Below are positions 63,138-64,000 of a stretch of DNA of 64,000 nucleotides, in pieces. The translations under genes and the position numbers were made by a program. This DNA comes from Macrostomum lignano (lineage: Eukaryota), in contig NIVC01002654.1 of NCBI GenBank assembly GCA_002269645.1, positions 62,001 through 126,000 of the forward strand, in the 5' to 3' direction. The notes under the pieces are model-generated. The model had not been told where the DNA came from. It was given only the letters and a program-made list of their open reading frames with translations, and made no database searches. Position 1 is the stretch's first letter. Each line of letters starts with the position of its first letter.

Positions 63138-64000
63138 TTTATGTTTCATCTAACTTTCCTAAGCTGCGACGCTTTTTGAAGCTTTATTTTCCATCTTTTT
63201 GTGTCTGCTGAATTTCAGCACATTATTAATAAAAGCAAAACAGTTTAATGCTTCAAATACTATCTTTGTTACTGTATTTGTGGTTTGCTAAATTTGATTA
63301 ATTCGTATTTTTGGGTGTTTTCCTCTTACATCGTCGCTCATTGGTCGCGATTTTGTTTAATGTCATCCTTGCAGTTGAAAATTTGCTAACAGACCAATTT
63401 TTTAAACTAAAACTTTTTAAATTGTATTGTTCAACAAATTTTCAACAAAATCGGCAAATTATTAATGCTGTACTTATTACAGTTTGGTACAATTATTCTC
63501 CTATTTCATACTGCAAACCTTTTCTGTCGTGACTAAAATTTTTTTCGGTTTGTTGTGAGACGGCTAAAAAGGCCGGTCGCTTAGAGCGTTTTAAGCCTAA
63601 AAAACATCTTTTTCACGAGGCGGCATTTTGCATTTGCACCATTACCAGTCCCTGTCTATCTAAGCATTGTTCGTTTTAATAATTCTCAATGGATAGGCGG
63701 GGTAATAAATTTGACATTTATTGTGCCTATCGCAGAAGAGCAAACGCCGTGTTTTACTGTGGCAACGCGCAACAGTGCTATTGGAATAAAAAAAACTGTG
63801 CCATTGGAGGCATATCCTTTGTTGTCTTGTCTTTTCTGTCAAATGTTTTAAAGGACTGAACTCTAGTTGATGAAGTAGACTGGGTTATGATATATTATTG
63901 ATAGAAATCCTATTTTAGATTCTAGTCTAGTTCATTGTGCACTTCATGTAGCTAGAAGTGATGCTCTAGAAGTGCTTGCTTTGGTTTTTATCTACGTTCT

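Noticed and set aside
60731-63149. Long antisense ORFs (513 aa, 213 aa and others) opposite nucleolin
   Set aside because: Expected shadow of a low-complexity, codon-biased sense gene; no recognisable motifs.

Overview
Eukaryotic (metazoan) genomic DNA with GT-AG introns, many of them packed with tandem repeats. The style suggests a free-living flatworm such as Macrostomum (inference only). Minus strand: a DUF4062-NACHT-WD40 (NWD-type STAND NTPase) gene running off the left edge; an internally deleted BEL/Pao LTR element; a 594-bp foldback/MITE; an SLC16/MCT-like transporter; and a ~23.5-kb, ~30-exon PARP4 (vault PARP) gene that I reconstructed by hand into one open frame of ~2,390 aa. That PARP4 is the outstanding feature. 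Between its vWA domain and its C-terminal vault-binding region, a run of 11 symmetric phase 1-1 exons and the exons flanking it encode a TPR-like hairpin, a ubiquitin-like domain ending in LRGG, an actin N-terminal fragment with an exact 17-aa D-loop, duplicated low-complexity exons, and an Hsp70 linker plus substrate-binding domain. After an assembly gap and an 83-bp satellite come the plus-strand genes: the 3' exons of a Kv4/Shal channel whose first exon is not in the window, then three intronless genes (UNG, a Bacillus/Staphylococcus-type lipase, nucleolin). Exon boundaries were read manually and need RNA-seq confirmation. No database searches were run.
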